Shown: piece after piece, positions 32,994 to 37,074 of the stretch
Layout: every line of letters begins with the position of its first letter
How positions within the stretch are numbered: position 1 is the stretch's first letter
Virus record (IMG/VR): IMGVR_UViG_3300016484_000315
Coordinates: 1 to 37,074 of that record
Direction: 5' to 3' (one strand)
DNA from: a virus
Taxonomy: Duplodnaviria; Caudoviricetes
DNA length: 37,074 bases
Position numbers and translations under genes: made by a program
Notes under the pieces: model-generated
Told to the model about the DNA's origin: nothing
Databases searched by the model: none
The model's input: only the letters and a program-made list of their open reading frames with translations

Positions 32994-33686
32994 ATGACCG
33001 CTATCTTCAACGTTTCGCTTGATCTTAACGCTCTTCAGGCCGTCGCTTGCGCCGCCTCTGGCGAAGAAACCCGGTACTATCCCAAAGGTGTGTTTCTGGA
33101 GTTCTCTCCGACGCACGTTCACATGACCGCAACGGACGGACACAAGCTCATCACCTTGCGCCAGCCCTATCAGGATGGCGACGCACCGCGCATCGAGGCC
33201 GATACGCTCCCGGCGCCCGTGATCGTCCCAGCGGAACTTATCGCCAAGCTTAAGCTACCTAAGTGGGCGCATTATTTTTTTGTCACACTGACGGTCGACG
33301 GAATGCGTCTCACGTTCAACTGTGGCGACGCTATCGTTGGCGGAACGGCGATTGACGCGACGTATCCGGCTTATCGCAACATTCTGCCGCAATCCGTGTC
33401 GGGCGCCACAAGCCAGTTCAACGCTAGTCATCTGGCTGTCTTCGCCAAGGCTAGAAAGATTTTGGGCGCTGAGAAAGACAACGTTGGCCAGATCATTGTG
33501 CAGCATAACGGCGAGTCGCCCGCGCCCGTCAATTTCGCGTGGGGCACGGGTTATGAGGCTGTCGGCGTCTTGATGCCGTTTTGCCTCAAAGCGCGCGAAG
33601 ATGAAGCGCGCCAGCACATTGTCAATTGGGCCGTTGCGCCTCTGTCGTCGCCTATGGTCCACGACGAAACGGAACAATCGGCTTAA
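32994..33686 (+). CDS. DNA polymerase III beta-clamp (DnaN)-like protein, truncated to about two domains
   Basis: ETRYYPKGVFLE, TATDGHKL, IDATYPAYRNILP and terminal GVLMP resemble DnaN motifs; GGAG RBS. Confidence 0.78.
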   Translation: MTAIFNVSLDLNALQAVACAASGEETRYYPKGVFLEFSPTHVHMTATDGHKLITLRQPYQDGDAPRIEADTLPAPVIVPAELIAKLKLPKWAHYFFVTLTVDGMRLTFNCGDAIVGGTAIDATYPAYRNILPQSVSGATSQFNASHLAVFAKARKILGAEKDNVGQIIVQHNGESPAPVNFAWGTGYEAVGVLMPFCLKAREDEARQHIVNWAVAPLSSPMVHDETEQSA

Positions 33687-33777
33687 CCCCGACGCATTAA
33701 GGCCGCCTCGATCAACGGGGCGGCTCATAATGCGCCCGCGCACCGCCGTCGCAGACAACCGAACAAGAGCCAAAACC

Positions 33778-34203
33778 ATGCTTGACGACATCCGCCTAAC
33801 CAAACACGAACGCGACCAAATCAACAAAACTTTTAACTCGCTGGAAGCGTTCACGCGCTCGCGTTATGAGCTGGATCACTGGGCGCAACAAGAACGCAAG
33901 GGTTACGGTAACGTTCACGACAAGGTTCCGCTGATCGTCGCGCGCGCCCTGTGCCTCAAATGGTTCCTGTATGGCGCGACGAACCCGGACACGCTGCTGC
34001 GCGACGCCTACGCCTTGCGCCCTGCCGCCGTCTACATGACAGGCCTTGGCGCTTGCGCCGCGCATGGCGGCCTGATCGCCGTCGACGTCCTCGAAGACAT
34101 TCGCGCGGCTTGTGCGGCCTACGTGGCTGCATTCGACGCCCTGCACCAACGTGACTTGGCCACCTTGCGCGCCGCGTCTATGGCCGTGGCGGGGCCGCAC
34201 TAA
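33778..34203 (+). CDS. hypothetical early protein
   Basis: ATG at 33778 after GAGCCAAAACC, the same leader end as at 32994. Confidence 0.72.
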   Translation: MLDDIRLTKHERDQINKTFNSLEAFTRSRYELDHWAQQERKGYGNVHDKVPLIVARALCLKWFLYGATNPDTLLRDAYALRPAAVYMTGLGACAAHGGLIAVDVLEDIRAACAAYVAAFDALHQRDLATLRAASMAVAGPH

Positions 34204-34325
34204 TGTTCGAGCTTATGCTGCTTTTGTTTCTGTTTCCGATTGCGCTGCTCGCTACAATCGGAGGCGTCGCACTATGGGGAAAGATGCGAAATGACGACTC
34301 AGACAAATCCAATCGAAACGGTTAA
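34203..34325 (+). CDS. 40-aa single-TM peptide (not in the ORF track)
   Basis: TAATG coupling; MFELMLLLFLFPIALLATIGGVALWGKMRNDDSDKSNRNG*. Confidence 0.65.
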   Translation: MFELMLLLFLFPIALLATIGGVALWGKMRNDDSDKSNRNG

Positions 34326-34503
34326 GCGCAAGGACGGCTCGCGTGGCGTCTACTACTTCGGACGCAAGGTGGGCGACTACGCTCGCGTCGCCTACCTGCC
34401 GGACGGCTCGCGTCGCTGGCGCGGCGTGAGCGTGCACGGCCATGTTGTCTACGGATGGTCCGAAAACACCGTCCGCGCGGCGCTCATGGGGGCGTATCAC
34501 TAA
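34291..34503 (+). CDS. hypothetical early protein
   Basis: ATG at 34291; 70 aa basic beta-rich protein; TAATG-coupled to the next gene. Confidence 0.68.
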   Translation: MTTQTNPIETVKRKDGSRGVYYFGRKVGDYARVAYLPDGSRRWRGVSVHGHVVYGWSENTVRAALMGAYH

Positions 34504-35003
34504 TGAGCCAGAACGACCAAACCGATTTGGCCGCGCACTATAAGGCCGTTCGGGCTCGCCTTACGGCGGGTCGCGCGCCAACGCCTGCGCAGGCGCCCGC
34601 GCCGCAACCCGTCAAGGCTAGACCGGCCCCGACGGCTCGCATGAGCGTGCCGGCGGACGTCGCCAAGGCGCTGAAGCTTCCAGCCGTCGTGCTGGCGAAA
34701 CCCGGCGCTAATCGGCCAGAGGATGAGCCTGACGGACCGCCGCTCGCCAAGGTCCGGCGCATCGTCGTGCCGGTCCTGAAGGCGCACGGCGTCACATGGG
34801 ACCAGATTATCGACCGTCGCCGTCCTCGCAACCTGATACCGGCTCGGCTCGCCGTCTACGCGGCGCTGCACAATGCCGGGTATTCCCTCGCCAGCATCGG
34901 CCGGTTCTGCAAACGCGACCATACGACCGTCCTTTACTACCTCTGCAAATGGGGCGGCTACAAGCGCGCCTCCCGTCCTGACCCGTACAAGGTGACCCTA
35001 TGA
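34503..35003 (+). CDS. DnaA C-terminal (domain IV)-like HTH protein
   Basis: ARLAVYAALHNAGYSLASIGRFCKRDHTTVLY matches the Bac_DnaA_C signature (RDHTTV). Confidence 0.82.
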   Translation: MSQNDQTDLAAHYKAVRARLTAGRAPTPAQAPAPQPVKARPAPTARMSVPADVAKALKLPAVVLAKPGANRPEDEPDGPPLAKVRRIVVPVLKAHGVTWDQIIDRRRPRNLIPARLAVYAALHNAGYSLASIGRFCKRDHTTVLYYLCKWGGYKRASRPDPYKVTL

Positions 35004-35473
35004 CTGACGCAATCGAAACCATCCTCGCTGAACGCAACGGCACCCATGGCGACTACGCCGACCATGCCGCGATCACGCAACACCTGAAGGCCGTGATGCG
35101 CTCGAATGTAGGCTGGCTCCGGCTGAACGACATGCAGGCGGAAAGCCTCGAGATGATCGCGCACAAGATCGGGCGCATCCTTGCCGGTAAGCCGGACTTC
35201 GAGGACCATTGGACCGACATTGCCGGATATGCCCGGCTTGTGTCGCAGCGGCTTGCCCCGCCTGCGATCCAGCTTCGCATCCCGTCCGTCGACGCTGACA
35301 AGCTCACGATGGCGCTCGCGAAAGACCTGCAAGAAGCCGTGCAGGAGCGCGCCAGCGCAAACGAAACAACCGAAACGGCCCCGGCGCCCGAGCCCAAGGG
35401 GCGCAAGGCCAAGGACGCTCCGGCGCCCGCGCCCGAGACTGTCGCCAATGCAAACCCGGAGGCCGCTGCATGA
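35000..35473 (+). CDS. DUF6378-like phage protein with a low-complexity tail
   Basis: ILAERNGTHGD...KIGRIL.G...DHWTDIAGYA pattern. Confidence 0.75.
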   Translation: MTDAIETILAERNGTHGDYADHAAITQHLKAVMRSNVGWLRLNDMQAESLEMIAHKIGRILAGKPDFEDHWTDIAGYARLVSQRLAPPAIQLRIPSVDADKLTMALAKDLQEAVQERASANETTETAPAPEPKGRKAKDAPAPAPETVANANPEAAA

Positions 35474-35524
35474 TCCGGTTTCTCGTGATCCTCTGGCAAG
35501 CCTATCAACGTGAACGGGGACGCT

Positions 35525-35776
35525 ATGGACGCTGACCTTTACCTGTCGATCCTCAAGCGCAGGTTGAAGAATGACAGTTCAACCCTGATCCCGCTCAACC
35601 GGATTGTCGTGGCGCAGATCGTCGAAATGATCGAACAGGCGCAGGCGCGACACGACGAGTTGCGCGAAATTTTGCGGGTCTATGCCTGCGATTGCAAAGA
35701 AACGTGTAGCGAAGATCACCGTAAAGAGTATTATTGTGGGGCAGGCGCGCGAAGCGCCGTTGAAGGAGGGGCATAA
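35525..35776 (+). CDS. hypothetical early protein with a Cys cluster
   Basis: GGGGA RBS, ATG at 35525; YACDCKETC...YCG; ends ARSAVEGGA. Confidence 0.65.
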   Translation: MDADLYLSILKRRLKNDSSTLIPLNRIVVAQIVEMIEQAQARHDELREILRVYACDCKETCSEDHRKEYYCGAGARSAVEGGA

Positions 35777-35777
35777 C

Positions 35778-36155
35778 ATGGCGAACGAATACGAATACGT
35801 CGACGAATATCTCGACATTCTGACCGTCGACAGCATGACGACCAAGCGCGGCAAGCCCGCCGTTCTCGTCGCCTGCAAGTCTGGCGCGAGCGAGACAACC
35901 GTGATCGTCCCGGTGGCTGAACTGCCGTGCCTGATCGAGACGCTTCAGTGCTTGTACGACGATGAGGCGATCACGCCCGCCAAGCCTGATTTGTTGACGC
36001 GCTACATGACGGAAGCGGCGCAGCATCGTAAGGCCGTCGACGGCTTGCGCGAACAGGTCCTCCGGTTGGAGGCCGCGCTGCAAGCCGTTGCTGACCGCGC
36101 CGAATGGCCGTGGCACGCGCTCGCCCGCTCCGCAATGCAGGGAGACATGCAATGA
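35778..36155 (+). CDS. hypothetical early protein
   Basis: AAGGAGG RBS, ATG at 35778; ends ARSAMQGDMQ. Confidence 0.72.
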   Translation: MANEYEYVDEYLDILTVDSMTTKRGKPAVLVACKSGASETTVIVPVAELPCLIETLQCLYDDEAITPAKPDLLTRYMTEAAQHRKAVDGLREQVLRLEAALQAVADRAEWPWHALARSAMQGDMQ

Positions 36156-36508
36156 TCAGCAAGGACAAAACCTACCGCACCCGCGACGGACGCGAAATGC
36201 GAATTTACGCGACGGATGCGGGCGGGGATTGCCCCATTCATGGAGCCGTCAAAAACCATGACGGGTGGGAGATTTGCTCTTGGAAGACCAATGGGGAAGT
36301 GGAAGACGGCGCTGCATCAAGCTACGACCTTATCGAAGTCAAACCGCGCATCAAGCGGACGGTGTGGTTGAACCTTGTGAAAGACGCTTACGGTGAAATT
36401 GTTGTCAGCACTTATAGGTCAAAAGAAGAAGCTGACCGTCATCATTATGATCGTCGTATCGCCTGCGTGAAAGTCGAGATTGATTGCGAAGAGGGAGAAG
36501 AGCAATGA
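36152..36508 (+). CDS. hypothetical phage protein (TRDGR...RIYATD family)
   Basis: ATGA coupling on both sides; YRTRDGREMRIYATD...PIHGAV motif. Confidence 0.75.
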   Translation: MISKDKTYRTRDGREMRIYATDAGGDCPIHGAVKNHDGWEICSWKTNGEVEDGAASSYDLIEVKPRIKRTVWLNLVKDAYGEIVVSTYRSKEEADRHHYDRRIACVKVEIDCEEGEEQ

Positions 36509-36714
36509 CTAACAACATCGCGGCGCGGCTGCGCGCGTTTGAGGCATGGCTGCGCGACCCGCGCGGCGAGCCATTGATGCTCACATCGGACCTGTTTGAC
36601 GAAGCCGCCGACGAGATTGAACGGCTGCGGGCGGCGCTGCGGGAAGCAATGGACGACACGCCGGGTTGGTACGACATCGCCCGCGCGGCGCTCGCAGGGG
36701 GCAACGATGCCTGA
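36505..36714 (+). CDS. hypothetical early protein (AADEIERLRAAL family)
   Basis: MTNNIAARLR...AADEIERLRAAL...ARAALAG. Confidence 0.75.
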   Translation: MTNNIAARLRAFEAWLRDPRGEPLMLTSDLFDEAADEIERLRAALREAMDDTPGWYDIARAALAGGNDA

Positions 36715-36727
36715 AGGAGACAGCAAA

Positions 36728-37024
36728 ATGGAAAACTTTATCATCAATGGAATTGAATACACGCCTGTCAAAAAGGTGACAGGAACACGCGCTGTTGTCG
36801 TGGTTGATCGTGGCTGGATTTTCGCGGGCGACGTGACCCGCGAGAACGGGCGCATTCGTCTTTCCAATGCTTTGCATGTCTTCAAATGGGAGTCGGTCGG
36901 CTTCGCTGGGATGATCGCCGACACGAAGAAGGCCAAGGCTGATCTTCGCCCAGTTGCGGATGTGGACATCCCTGAAGGGGCGGAAGTGTTCTGCGTTCCC
37001 GTGCCGGACGGGTGGGGGCTGTGA
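36728..37024 (+). CDS. small beta-barrel protein (DUF6948-like, tentative)
   Basis: AAGGAG RBS; AVVVVDRGWIFAG...RLSNALHVFKW...GF pattern; coupled to the Gly-X gene. Confidence 0.7.
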   Translation: MENFIINGIEYTPVKKVTGTRAVVVVDRGWIFAGDVTRENGRIRLSNALHVFKWESVGFAGMIADTKKAKADLRPVADVDIPEGAEVFCVPVPDGWGL

Positions 37025-37074
37025 TGCCCCTTATTTTTAGGCCGGTCAACTTCGGCTACGGCTACGGCTCCGGC
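37024..37074 (+). CDS. 5' part of the glycine-X repeat protein
   Basis: TGATG coupling; MPLIFRPVNFGYGYGSG runs off the window end in the same repeat found at position 1. Confidence 0.75.
   Translation, partial: MPLIFRPVNFGYGYGSG

Noticed and set aside
1-37074. tRNA, integrase/attP, RNA polymerase, and defence or anti-defence genes
   Set aside because: None recognisable by eye; the small early ORFs could hide anti-defence functions but show no diagnostic motif.

Overview
The window is a near-complete, high-GC tailed phage genome with a P22-like podovirus virion module and an APSE/SPO2-type replication module. The host is probably an alphaproteobacterium (inference). Both ends fall inside one (GGC-NNC)n Gly-X repeat gene, so the contig probably closes into a circle or permuted map there. 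There are four transcription blocks. (1) Early genes on + run 32636 to the end and continue from 1 to 1991: small ORFs, beta-clamp-like, DnaA-C HTH, DUF551-like, XRE HTH and dCMP deaminase. (2) Replication genes on - run 8349 to 2165: PD-(D/E)XK nuclease, SSB-like, family A DNA polymerase and primase-helicase. (3) A short + block runs 8439 to 10745: HNH, VRR-NUC, SNF2 helicase. (4) Late genes on - run 31212 to 10727: terminases, portal, head-fibre cluster, scaffold, coat, gp4/gp10-like tail proteins, GNAT, three ejection proteins and the lysis cassette, with a second HNH inserted antisense. I saw no integrase, RNA polymerase, tRNA or CRISPR array. The most interesting unannotated signals are: a candidate promoter-plus-terminator sRNA with an anti-Shine-Dalgarno loop (2070-2163); a second anti-SD hairpin whose loop is complementary to the shared early-gene RBS motif (6493-6531); an early gene array built from recurring in-frame homology blocks with a visible chimeric junction; a shared 19-bp operator-like motif at the main promoters; a symmetric heptamer-repeat/cruciform region (about 32.0-32.5 kb); and a candidate pseudoknot in the scaffold leader. 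All family assignments come from motif recognition by eye; no database searches were run.
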